DNA of 53,706 nt, the filler included, from Sphacelaria rigidula (taxonomy: Eukaryota): the NCBI GenBank assembly GCA_964200075.2. It is 4 parts of 4 records of this genome, joined end to end, with 100 filler letters (N's around TTAATTAATTAA, not from the genome) between each part and the next. Parts side by side here need not be neighbours in the genome. Positions count along the whole stretch, not along the records: positions 13,455 to 26,806 come from CAXNAA020002945.1; positions 26,907 to 40,256 come from CAXNAA020002946.1; positions 40,357 to 53,706 come from CAXNAA020002947.1; 1 more part is not named here. The stretch is one strand, 5' to 3'. Below the pieces are notes generated by a model. That model saw only the letters and a list, made by a program, of their open reading frames with translations, made no database searches and had not been told where the DNA came from. Positions 24,331 to 43,403 of this stretch are shown here, piece after piece. How positions within the stretch are numbered: the first letter of the stretch is position 1; each line of letters opens with the position of its first letter. Position numbers and translations under genes: made by a program.

Positions 24331-26194
24331 CCCCCGTCCCCCGTCCCCCGTCCACCTTTTCTTTTCGGGTTTCCTTTTATAGAGTGCATTTTTCATTTGC
24401 GCACCTTGCGCACACATATACCTTGCGACCACGGCCGCATTTGCAGCAAGAATCATTCGAGCATTTTGTATGTTTTGTGTCATCCTCCATAGAACGCATG
24501 GAAAGGGAGGAGAGGTCTTCACCCAGAAGCTGGTGTTCAAATCGCACAAGAGTCGGTTTTACCTGTAATCGTTGACCAAATAAACTTTTAATTCTGTTTT
24601 TCGTGTAGTCAGCCCAATGTCGAACATCTATAACTGTAGTGGTGAGTGAACATGCATAAAGCATCGGAAAGGGGAAATGCGACCGTCTTGGAGCCTGTCT
24701 CAGTTTGGCGCGAGAATGTCCATGGTTGATATTAGTTAATTCGAGTGTGAACACCGATATTCGCATCTTCGGCGGGGCCGTCAGTACCGAGTGCTCATAA
24801 TCAGCGTGCGCAGAAAGCGTTTTTGTCCACATCAGCGCTTGTGGCGTCTACCAAAAATGACTGCTTTGGCTGAGCAAGTCTGTCCTCCGTGCTTCACGCA
24901 TGTTGTTATCGGCAACTGGATTTCATGTCTTCGTTTGCGGTGTACTTGATTTGCTGCCGCACTCATGCAGTCCAACAGGTCCGCCTACTGTATAACCAGC
25001 TAGGCAAAATATTGACAACCTTCCTTTTTTGCGCGAGTCTTGAGTGATGTTTTCCCTCTGTGGGCTGTTGGGTTCAGTGTAGGGTTCTTATCCAGGCATC
25101 ACAGCTTGTGCTCAGGCTCTCATACATATATATATGTATATATATATATATACTTATATTCAAAACAACTTTGAGGCCCAAGTTTCTATTAACGGCCGTG
25201 TTCTTGAATGTTTCACCCGCCAGGGTGGGCGACGTTTTGAATGGCATAATTTACATATATATATTTAAAATAAAAAATGATGCCGATTCAGCAGATCGCC
25301 CTACCGTAGCTTTGAAGAAAAATTCATTTGGTGGTGCCAACTGTACGTACGTATACTTACTATTTTGAGCAGAATCTGGTTTCTGTTGTCAAGAGATTGT
25401 GAGGTCGTCACCAGTAGTAAGGGCGAAAAAAACGATCGAAAATAGAGTCGATGCTCCACACAATTCGCGGGAAATCAACATGTCGGGTATGTGGGTGCCG
25501 CGGGGGAGCGCGGTCGGGTTGCATTCTTGAGTCTACGAACTCATCCAGAGCAGCGGGAGGGGCCTGAATAATGGAGCATGACAAAGAAAGATGAAAGGCG
25601 CGCATCGTGCTTGTTTTTTACACGGTGCAAGGGTCCGACGAATAACGATTCTGATGCGTCTCAAATTACCTGCTTTTAGTGTTGTAGATTCGTACCGCAC
25701 GAGTCAATCCTCGGGCTTTGTTTCCAGCGTCGCGCTGCACCCTAGGCAAGCAGGCAAGCAGGCAGGCAGGCAGACTCTTGAAATATGCGGAATTTGCGTA
25801 GAGGCGTTTTTGCCTCGCGGTCAACTTTTTTTTTCCATCTTCTGAGCAATTACCAGGCCTCGGAAATCGTAGAGTTGGCGATTGAAAGCAGCACTGACTC
25901 GTGCGACCCTCGGTATGGTGTGCATGCAGAGTCGGGGAGATTTGAAGGTCACGTGTTCTGGTCGCGTCAATACTACGGTTTTACCCCGCCTTGGGCGTGG
26001 CATATTTTCTGTGCGGCGGTTTTTCCTCCCGGAAATTGGAGAGTCTCGATCTCTTCACACACATGAACACACACACTCAAACGTTTCGAAAGTACACGAT
26101 TTGCGGTATGGAAAGTTTTTTTTTCTACCAGAAAGTCGTCTTGTTCACCGTCTTTTTTGTATCACTTCACATTTGGATTGTTTCTCATGTTTTT

Positions 26195-26319
26195 GTAGTA
26201 GTAGTAGTCGTAGTAGTAGTAGTAGTAGTAGTAGTCAGCAGTCAGCAGTCAGCAGTCAGCAGTCAGCAGTCAGCAGTCAGCAGCCAGTAGTCAGTAGTCA
26301 GTAGTCAGTAGTCAGTAGT
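26195..26319 (+). repeat. Compound microsatellite: (GTA)n followed by (AGTCAGC/AGTCAGT)n heptamer
   Basis: Directly visible. Confidence 0.95.
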
Positions 26320-26806
26320 GATGTTCGAGACATAAGGAGGAATAACTAAAGCTCCACGGGTAGACGTACCCACGTTATTCACGCAAAAGCGTGCTCGTTT
26401 TTTCATGGTCTGGCTACAGGGTTTGGTTGTATCTCTGCTTTGACATCTCATACCCAACGATACACGCCGAAGGTGTGCTTGGTACTCCCTGTATTGTTGG
26501 AGGTCGGTGGTTCTCGAGATGTCGCGGCTTCACACCCCCTTCCCGTGTGCTGGTTGTTTGCAGAGCGGAACCCGTGCGGTTGGTGGACATGCCTGGAGAA
26601 GGAGCACCTTTGCCGGTCATAAAAGTGATCAACACGGTCGTTGACTTGCTCAAGGAGGTGAGCCAAGATATATATGCCATTTTTTGATGATACAATGTTT
26701 GATTTCGGTCTTGGTTGTTTTGTATCACTACTTTTCACGGTTAGGACAAATCATCACGACTCAAAATCACCAATTTCACGATTTCTTTTGACTGATTGCC
26801 CGAAAG

Positions 26807-26906
26807 NNNNNNNNNNNNNNNNNNNNNNNNNNNNNNNNNNNNNNNNNNNNTTAATTAATTAANNNNNNNNNNNNNNNNNNNNNNNNNNNNNNNNNNNNNN
26901 NNNNNN
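26807..26906. other. Artificial contig spacer
   Basis: N44-TTAATTAATTAA-N44. Confidence 0.95.
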
Positions 26907-28889
26907 CAATCCGGATTATATAAGTGAACACTAAAAAAATATTGTTTTTTTGAAATTCCACCTGGTCACTGCACTAAAGCAGGAAAACTGTGTTTCTTGG
27001 ACCATTTACGGTCAATGACACCCTCCTGATAAACGGGGTCTTTACCCGGTATTGCCCCCACAACACCAACTTGGGCGATTGTGATTTGAGCACGGTTTGC
27101 TTATTTTGCCAAAACTATCGACGCTAGCACTTTCGAGGGCTCATGGAAAATGTTATGCGAAAAAAAAAGAAAATAGGCCATCCGCAGAAAATGCTAGACA
27201 GGTTTGTGCAGTGTTGGATGCAAACACGATTTCGATCGTCATTGTGAAGAATTTCATACGTGTTATTTCATCTGAATATTTACCATTTCGTCGCTGAAGA
27301 GCGGGAAAACAGCTTACATTGGACTAAAAACGGTCTATAATACCCTCCTGATAAACGGGTGTCAAGTCCGTATCGCCCCGAAAACACCACTGTGAGCACT
27401 GCAGTTTGAGCGCGGCTTACGCTTCCCCTTCAAATCTACCGGCACTAGCACTTCCAAGTAGCAGTGAAGAACGGTACTCCAGAAAAACTCAGAAAAAAGG
27501 ACAACCAAGAATTCTGAACAATTCTGATGCTGATTACTGTACAGGAGAGAATCTGCAAACCACAACACCTATGGGTATAGACACGTTACAAGTATGAACG
27601 AGGTCCCAGTAGTTATCACTTCACTGTGGCACAATCAGCCCCGCAGTACTACTGCTTTACGTTCCTCCTCCGACCCTTTCGCGAAATGCTAGTGGTGTGC
27701 TGTGGACCATCTTCGGGCAACTTTCCATTCATGTACACAGTTGATGAAACTTTTTTTTTTCCCCTCCGTGTGGTGGCATTCCTCATTAGTTCACTGATGT
27801 CGCTAGTGATATCGGGGAGGAATCGTAATTGAGGTCATCTTCCGTCGGTGACCACGGTGCGAAACGGTAGATTGAAAGTTATCAACTTCAAGTTGATCGC
27901 CAGTATCATGCTCGTTCATTTATTCCAATCTAGCTTCCACAACGTGGCGATGAGATAGATGGTGGAGCACTGGTGAGAGTGGTTTTGATCATTTGCCTCC
28001 ACGTGCAGAATTATTCGTCCCGTGAGCTTGCAGCTACACGTCGTGTATGGTCAGCTCCTACGGAGCATAGTGGGCATCGTGAAGGGACATCTCGGGACTA
28101 GACGGTTCGTTCTCTTGAAAACATCGTTCATCATCGACGTCCTCCAACACCAGGGAGAGTGAACGGTATGAAACGTTCATGGCCATATGGGGCGTATCAG
28201 AAATGTCGACACCCAGACCGCCGGCGCGCGGCGAATACTGCCCGGTCTGGCGATCGAACGTTCGTTTAATTGACGGTCGAGGGAGTCATCATTGGGGTAT
28301 GATCCGTTTGCTTCAGGTGTGATAGATTGATTGCGAACTTCGAACGTTTTCAAGTACAAGCTTTCGTCCGTGGAAATTCCTCCGCATGAGTACATGTACA
28401 CCTCCCGACAGATCCTGGACGTTGGACACGAACAGCACGATGTATCTTCCAACATCTTTTCATTTTCGATCCGAGAATAAGGTGGGGTGCTGTAGTACGG
28501 AGCTCGTCAACCGAGAATGTCGACGACACTGACGTGAGATTCCAGGACATGCGAGTGCGTGTACGGAAAAAATACACCGCATATGCACGACGCCACCATG
28601 GCGTCCATGTTCTATGCGTGTCACGTCACTCGTGACTAGCGTGTAGGCTGGTAGCCCCCTTGATCGACAAGGTTCTCGATGCGGGCAAACACGGGCCTCA
28701 AACTCCGTGGTGAAAGCGATCTTCGGCTCAAGAGTATGCAGGGCGGATGACAAGAGCTTGAAGGCACGCGAGCACTATCATTGAACCATGCTACACTTCA
28801 ACGCAGTACTCGTGCTCCGCCACCACATCTCCCCAATCCGACCGGAAAAGTCATACATGCGACTACAAATTCGACTCCAAATCATGGAA

Positions 28890-35358
<6,469 letters not shown>

Positions 35359-35585
35359 ATGGTGAAGCGCAAAGCGGATGGAAGTGCTGCCGGTGGATCG
35401 GAACGAGGCAAAGGAAAATTCTCTCATACTGCTGGGTCGTCGAGACAGCCACCACCGCCTCCTCCGCCCAGACGAGAAAATGACGACAGTGACAGCGATT
35501 TCTGCGAGATTATCGAAAATCCTATCCGACACAACCCGATACCTGCTCGACAGTCAAGCAGTTCGAACGCTCGGAGTAGTAGTGG

Positions 35586-35617
<32 letters not shown>

Positions 35618-38600
35618 ACAACCGAATGGTAATGTGTGGACCTGCCTCAGCTGGAGAGCATATGAGGTTTCCGGCGGCGTTAGGTCACCGCGGTCATAAT
35701 CTTCCCCCTGACCAGGGGGGGCTGTTTTCGATGTTTCAGGCCACGGCACTGAACCCGTGCAACGAGCTCCAGCACCAGCAGTATGGCATGAAGCCACACT
35801 TGAATCACCAGATGAACCATCGGATGCATCATATGCAGATGTCTCACCCCCAGCTTCAGCAGCAGCAACACCAGCAGCAACAGATGGGGAGCTTGATTTC
35901 GAGGCTTCCAATGTTCGGTAACGGACTTTTTGCTCGCGGGGCCGCCGCTGGATTTCAAAGCCATCAGTATAACGTAGCCGGAGTCGCCGCTCAACAGGCG
36001 GGGGGCGTACCGCCGACGCCAGTTCTCCACCGTGCTCAACCGATAGAAGGTACATAAAATCTCAAGTCAGAGGGTAAAATCTAAAATCTAAAATCAAATA
36101 GAATTCCTGCGCAGCAGCCACCTGACTTTTTCCCACCGGCTAACCCCACGCGAAGCGGTTGCGGACCGGCTATGGCCTATCCTTGACAACTGCGGCGACC
36201 TATTCATGTGAAGTTGAGCGGTTTCGCGTCCAAGCCGAGAGGATTTTGTGTTGCGCTCGGAAAGGGCACACTTGTAATCCTCAAGCGGCCTCAAATGCCG
36301 ACCGCCATCTTCACCCACACCCGAGTGCTGTGGAGTCTACTGATCGTTACCGTGAAAATAAGTAGCCACCATCTCACGTGAAGCGCGAAGGAAGGGGCGT
36401 GAACGACGGTAACCGTTGCAGCGCCTGCGGCCCTCAGTTCCGAGAATCCAGCCTCTTTACAGCTGCGCCATGTTTCCGGCGGAGTCTGAAGCCTAGGCAT
36501 AAATGGCCGCAAGCAGGGCCGACTCGTAAGGGATTCGATCTGGATTTGAAAAGCTCATGTGTGATCACTCGGGTGATTTGGGTGACAGTAGAAGATTCCA
36601 TGTCACCTGGACCAATGTCGCGGCATTTTGTTTTTGTGATCGTGGTGTGTCAAACACATCGCCGACGTATGAATACGGCTAGGATACACCAGAAACACAG
36701 TCCAATGCATCCAAGTTTTCCTCACTGTGTACGAAGTGTATCACTTGGCACCTTTTGTATGAAAGCATGACAAACACAACGCTCTAGCGAAGATTAGTAC
36801 TCGCAAAGCTGGAACGGCCTTGTTCCCATCTACGCGTGGATATGAAAAGCTCTGTTTATTTCCCGGCATGGCGTGAGTTATGCCCAGAAACGATATGACC
36901 TGTGAATAGTGTCGCATTGTGCTGGCCATCACGGCCGTCAACGCGACTCGTCCGACGTTTCACGACTCAAAAACAGCGAAGCCGCTATGAGCGAGACTAG
37001 GCCGTCAGACCGAACGGCCATCACGTAGGCATACATGGCTTGTGCGAGCTGCGTCCGCTCCTCGCTGTATACTGAGCTGTCAGTTGTTCACGAGAATGAC
37101 GCCGCTATGTCGGCACAGCAGCCAAGGCTCAAGCCGTCAATACACCGTCGTTACGCCCACCAAACGCGTCTTGTATGATCATGGATCCGAACTGGGGGTT
37201 GACGCCAGGCAAGGCTCACCTGAATTTCTTGAAACAGAAAAAGCCATCCAAAATGCTACTGATCGAGCGGAGTACCCTTAATGTGTACAGTGCACAGGCG
37301 ATATCACGTTCGGGTGATCAGGCAAGCCGTAACATATACATCTAGATCACACGCCACAAAGCGAACTAGGCCGCATGAGCGTAAAACGAAACACCCACCT
37401 TTGAGTTTTGATCGATGCGATTGAAGCAGCGCAATCATTGCCAGTTTGCTAGTCGCCACGGTGGCTCAATTGGTAACCTCGGAACCTTCTCACGGTTCGG
37501 TCGTGGGTTCGAACCTCGGTGAAGTCACACGATCTGGGATTTTTTCTCACACTATGCCCAACAGTGGAGAGCGACTATGTCGTGGGTACACAAAAATTGA
37601 CTTTACGGTCGACGAGGGAAAGACAGCGCTGAACCCCTCCCGCTATGAAATTTTGTCAAGCACCACAGAAGGGAGGCGGGGTACCAAAAGAAAATAAGAA
37701 AGAAGAAACTCCTGTATTGGCCGTCCTTCTGTGTGACCCCAGCTAAGGCGCCCGCATGTACCGAAAGATGTAAACTGGCGTTCGGAATAGATGGGATGAC
37801 AACACAGCACAACATGGTTGAGGGGGCGATACTGTGAGGCGCTTTCTCGCCTACATTGTCGGAACGCAAAAGCCGACTGACATCGCCCTCCCTTCTCCAA
37901 CCCTCAACGCCTCCAGGTCCCGATGGGGAAGCAGGGGTTTGTGAGAGGGGAACGCCCACCGCTAGGACTTTATATGGGTTACTTGTGTTTGTGTCAGCTT
38001 GTCCTCGTCGTGCTCGGTAGACTTGTGGCGGGTGGAGTGGGAACTTCTACTTGCCTCAAGCACACAATCCCATCACCTGGTCACATCCATGCACCATCTA
38101 CAGTACGTACACCCCTACCAAACATGCCATAATATTCAGCTGTTGATCAACATCTGTGCCTGTTGACCATATGCATGTGCTGCTGTTTGCGCGGTGACGG
38201 ATACTGTTCTATGCTGTTGGAACTTTACTGTATTGAAAGTAATACGGCAATGCCGCTGACCACCGCTTTTGCAAGAAAATCTTCAACCAGCGGCGCATAC
38301 GTGACAGATGACTGTGCTACGTGGGGCTGTCTTTCCACCACAAGTAACCATTCCGAGCGTCTCTAGAAAAAAGGAAAAGAAACGCAGCCTGCTAGCGCAT
38401 GGGCGTCTGGACGTTTATATGAGGACGAGTAGTCGTAATTTTCGCACCACATTACCATTACCATCGACGTAGTTATTTGACACCGCACTGCAGTCAACTT
38501 GTTTGCGATCCTTAATGTGCGGAACTAATTGGCAGGGTAAGTCAAAAGCAAAAGGTACGCAACGCTTGGACAGTAATTCCTGCCACCAGGAGAGGTCGAA

Positions 38601-39275
38601 CCACGAGGTTCTTGTCTCTTTGACAGCGCACGACATTGAGATATCGTTGTAATGAGTATTTGAATAATGCAGTGATGCCATCTCATTCTCTTACCGAGTA
38701 TGCACCCCCATGACTGAAACATAGTTACATTCAGGTGTGGTTTCACGTATAATTTCACTAACCAGCGGTAGCGCCATACTCGTATTGAAACCGACTCTCA
38801 TGGATCCCCGAGCGGGCGGAGGGAGGGCAGGGGTCCAGAAATAAGCTCACCGGCATTCCATCGCAACTCAAACTCACGATCAATCGGCTGTGGATCATCT
38901 TTTGCTCGTGCCACCCTTGTGTGCTTTCTCACAGCAGCTCCAAGAGTGCGTGAGGGGGCAGGAGCCGAAGAGGTAAAGGAGGAGCCGGATGACACCGCTC
39001 TGCGCCCAACACCGCACGAGACGGCGATGGTCGAAGCTCTCAGAGCACACGGGGTTCCTTCCGATGACGCGGTGCAGAGTCTAAGGCTGAACCACCACAA
39101 CGTACAGGAAGCTCTAAAACATGCGTTGCGGACGTTGTGCGATCGCGAAAATAGCCGCAATGAAGACATGGCGCGGTATGCGTCGGAACAGGAGAAGGAG
39201 AAGTTGGCGGCGACACGGCGTCAGGAGGATATGGAATTAACTGTGCTCGGCGACATCGCTCCTCGATTTCAACAG
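35359..39275 (+). CDS. Unknown protein, 5' part: low-complexity S/Q-rich N-terminus plus a UBA-like domain; 3' end not resolved before the contig break
   Basis: Exon 35359-36049 (MVKRKADG...AQPIE, donor gtacat, phase 1) joins in frame to exon 38935-39275 (acceptor ctttctcacag; AAPRVREG...MVEALRAHGVPSDDAVQSLRLNHHNVQEALKHAL...RFQQ; donor gtggga). Confidence 0.7.
37452..37812 (+). mobile_element. tRNA-derived SINE
   Basis: Pol III A box GGTGGCTCAATTGG and B box GGTTCGAACC, a ~300-bp body, and an end ...gaatagatgggatgacaacac. Two more copies occur in the window. Confidence 0.8.
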
Positions 39276-39629
39276 GTGGGACAAGCAATCGCAGTCGTGT
39301 TGGTCGAGTTCACGTCGATGTACTCGATGCAGGTGAAATTTTACTGAAGGTGGCACACGATGCTAGGTACCTACGTTCATATGGATCACCTGTAGTCGTA
39401 GCACGTTCCCTCTCGGTTTCTTTCTTGTTATTCACCGCATACATGACATTCGGTATAACGCGACAACAATTTCTTCAGGCGGGGTGTGACAATTTCCATG
39501 TGTATAATCGCTTGGTATGCATTCTGCGGTGCCAGCGCAGTATGGTGTTACCTATAAGACATTACCTGTAGCTCTTCAACACAAAAATCCTGAACTTGTA
39601 TCACTTACGAGCCATGCTGTGTCGGGGCG

Positions 39630-40060
39630 GGGGGCGCCCTCATTCGTTGCTTGCCTGGGTCGTTTCATCATTAAACACGCATCCCTTCCGAGACGGAACA
39701 TCGTTGCTTCGATAGAGGGGAGGTATTTGATTCCACGATAGAAAGGGCTCATGGGTATGTCAGACGACCCAACACCCTCGCGGTGCGCTTGTATTAGGGT
39801 ACAAACGGTGTCAAGCAGTATGAGTGAGCGTTGTTTATTGGTAACAAGCGCGTCGAACAACCGTTACTACTTTCAACCATGATTTGAAGTGGAATTTCAA
39901 CGGAGAAATGGCCCAGAAGACCCCCCCCCCCTCCCCGATATGTAAAACGTTTTTGTGTAATGTATGAAGGAAACGTAATGAGCGCCGTAACGTTGAAGGT
40001 GTCTCTATTAGGAGTAGGAACGGTGCTCCGTCTCGAAAGGGATGCGTGGTCAATGGTCTT
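39630..40060. mobile_element. Family-D inverted-arm element (short copy)
   Basis: D arm (+) at 39630-39700, shared internal segment at 39758-39935 (also inverted at 13220-13354), D arm (-) at 39940-40058. Confidence 0.6.
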
Positions 40061-40256
40061 ATGACTATGGCATGCATGATCATGAGTACCACACCCCCCC
40101 GCCCCTCCGCCCCCCCCATCGACACCCATGAGACAGTGTAAAAACCGTGGCTGTCTCTGACAGTGGCGATACCACAGACTAAAGCAAAACATTGTTGGCT
40201 GTCATCCAAATGCAAGATAATCAGTCGGCTTCGGGCCGGACAATCTTAGCAGGATG

Positions 40257-40356
40257 NNNNNNNNNNNNNNNNNNNNNNNNNNNNNNNNNNNNNNNNNNNN
40301 TTAATTAATTAANNNNNNNNNNNNNNNNNNNNNNNNNNNNNNNNNNNNNNNNNNNN
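40257..40356. other. Artificial contig spacer
   Basis: N44-TTAATTAATTAA-N44. Confidence 0.95.
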
Positions 40357-41060
40357 TATCTTATCCCCGTCCTGTTTTGCCGTCTCTGGCCACCATCTAT
40401 CTCCTAGTGTAGCCATCGTTGGGGGTGGCTCATCGTTCAGTACGGTTGATGCTTCCCTGCTTTCGAGCGCTTCCCTCCGTTATGTTCATGCCCACAACCC
40501 GGAATCAACTTCAGGATTGGCTCTCTTCGACAAGTTGTGTGTGACCCTCAGTATTAGGTACTATCGCAGCTCCAACCTACCACCAGCACCTGTTTCACCT
40601 TCTGCAAAACAACATGATCCATGTGACACACCCTCTACCGCTTTCTTGCTCCATGACTTCACTGCCGTTTTAATGCATGTTTTAGAGCTGACAGCAGACA
40701 TGTATTTACACATACACATATAGGCCTTGTCGTCAAACGCTGGGTACCCGTCAAACAAGATGCCCTTCTTCACTACCTCCCATGGGTGCCCTTACTTTCA
40801 GCATGTGCGTTACAGAGCATTCTATCTGGACTACTCTGCGAAGTGGTGAGTTTCTAGCAGTGTCTCAATACTTCGATACAGATACCGGTGCTTCCAGTGG
40901 AGCCATTTTCGGCGCTTATGGTGTACGTAGTTGGTCAAGTGTTCCGAAAGACAAAATATTTGAAGCACAACCTGATGACTGCAGCGGTTTTTGTTGCCGC
41001 AAACTAAAAGTATCGGATATCCGGATTTACAAGGTATGTCCTGCTTACCTGTACAGTTGT

Positions 41061-41504
41061 AACCACCGATCATCGAAATTGAGGATGGAACTTTCCGTTG
41101 AGGATGAGAACCCGGAGGATTAAAAATCTTCGTATCTACACCAAACCTTCGAAATATGGCTCCATTCGTTCACCTACTAGTAGCTATCGACAAATTATAC
41201 ACGTCATACAAATTTGGATTCTGATAGCCGACATGTTGGGGTCCTAGGTGAAGAAATAATTCTGGGGAATTTAGGTGATTCGATCGGATCGCCAAAATTC
41301 CTCGAAAATGGTTTCTCACCTAGGACTCAAACATTTCGGCTATCGAAATCCAAATCTGTATGGCGTGTAGTAGTTGTCAATAGCTACCAGTAGGTGAACG
41401 AATTGAACTGTATTTCGAAGGTTTGGCGTGGATGCGAAGATTTTAATCCTCCGGGTTCTCATCCTCAATGAAAAGCTCAATCCTCAATTTCAATGATCGG
41501 CTGT
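41061..41504. mobile_element. Foldback MITE family C, second full copy with different outer termini
   Basis: Palindromic over ~440 bp. The body aligns with 18915-19335 (acccggaggattaaaatcttcgtatc...tggcgtgtagtagttgtcaatagcta). Confidence 0.85.
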
Positions 41505-42182
41505 TTTCTGCTGCGATGGTTACCTACTATCTACGCCCCCCCCTCGTCTTCTGAAAGACTTTGGAGAAGAAGTTTGTACGCGGTAGAATTGCTGATAAAT
41601 GAAGAAATAATATCCTCAATAACGTGGGCTACACTGCCGGCTGTTTCGAGGTTGACGGCCGAACGGGATTTAGTGCATCACCCACCGCGTGAAAATAGAA
41701 GGCATGCACCAAGGCACCAAGTACACTTCCAAACTCCCGGGACACGGTATTCAGCTGTGAGGGAAGTGGAATGAGCACAGTAGTACAAAACCATGGGGTG
41801 GCAGATACCATCAACATTCATTTAGCGTCTGGCAGGCAGTGACCCTGTACCTACTCAACACTGGAATCCCCCCAACCGTCGCTCGCCAGCTTCTGTGGGT
41901 ATTTAGACAGCCTTAGACGGACGCTCCCTTCACTGGTGGTGCCAAACACTTGAGCGTTTGGACTACACGCGCAGAAGTGATCAACGCATTCAAATCTAAC
42001 CTAACCCGAAAAACGGATTTGGGTGTACAAATTTATTCTACTCCAAGAGAACACCCTAGGTGTATATTCCAACACGTTGAAGTAGGTTGGGCCACCCATC
42101 TGATGCTGATACTGGGGATCTACCGCACCGGCGCCGTCGTCGCCCTCGCCCTCGCCGTTGTTTCCCGCTCGAACTACAATAG

Positions 42183-43366
42183 GACCCCGCCTCGGACAGG
42201 CTTGTACTGCCCTATGTCCTGAACGCCTGCGACGCGATGGTGTACATCGAGGACGACGAGTACTGGGACCAAGCTTTGTGTAGAACGGAGCACTTCCTCT
42301 TCCACCGGGTGCGCAGGTTGCGACATCCGCCGTCTTACGACGATACACACGTGTTTAGTCTCAACGTCGAAGGATCGATTCTCACCCAGAGGACATACAC
42401 CGAGACCAAAGCCAGGTACCTTCGTACAGTATGATGTGCTTCTTTTTCTTTCCAACATGGCCAGAAATAAGCAACAACCCATAACGTTCACAACGTTATT
42501 ATTATTAGTAGGAATAGTCGGGTTGCAAGTTGCAATACTACACGAGTCAGGCGCTGGTTCTTACCGGTATTTTTTCGTATTTAATATATACATACGTCTG
42601 TGTGGACAACGAGTGGATCAAAGAGGGTGTGAAAGGGGGTAACTTGCAAAGACAGGACGGGCTCGCTAGCAGAAGAGCTCTTGTTAGCAAAACTTTTTTT
42701 TCAGACCGTTCCGACTTTTTTCTCGAAAAATTGGGGCTATCTTCTCGACTTGTCCAAAACAATCATGGTCAATAGACAAAAAAAAGGGTACACCCTGGTG
42801 CTTTCGGAAAACAAGAGTAACGCATTTTTCGCTTTGGGGCGCGGCGCTGAACGTGGGCTGAACACCTCGAAAACACGTTCCAGCGCCTCCGCCCCACACC
42901 CAGGCGTCTGGGCAGCATGCCCGACCATTTTTTTCATTTCACAGGCGTTACTTGGCTGAACTACGACTCCAAAAATGAGAGCCCGTGAGAGTACGTTTTT
43001 CTGTAAACAAACCAGGAGGGTACATTCTGCCCTCTGCTAATAATTTTTCCTCCAACCCTCTAGTGTGTACCTTTTGACCCTTTTTCGCGAACTGATGACC
43101 GTACAGCCCGCTTAGCAGAAGATACGCCGAGCAGTCACAACCGTAGCCACTTTCGGTTTAATTACACCCAACAAAAAAGGCCGAAACCTAACGACCAAGA
43201 GAGTGTAGCCCCCTGCTAGTTGGACCGAGGACCCGGAAGATCCAACGATGCATACAGGGCGTTTGTGTGCCGGAGCTCACAAAGATCCACGGAACATGTT
43301 GTGTAAATATCTTGCCGACACACACGCCCGAACGGCGACACGTGGTAACAAAATCAGACCGTTGAG

Positions 43367-43403
<37 letters not shown>

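Noticed and set aside
24377..24832. Cys-rich ORF end resembling a piggyBac C-terminal zinc finger
   Set aside because: No upstream transposase motifs or TTAA-flanked termini were found, and the Cys spacing alone is not convincing.
27840..28880. Possible endogenous phaeovirus or coding relic downstream of RPS3
   Set aside because: No sustained frame or recognisable viral motif; part of it is a family-E MITE and part is probably the RPS3 3' UTR.
37452..37525. tRNA gene
   Set aside because: A and B boxes are present but there is no proper cloverleaf; it is the head of a repeated SINE.
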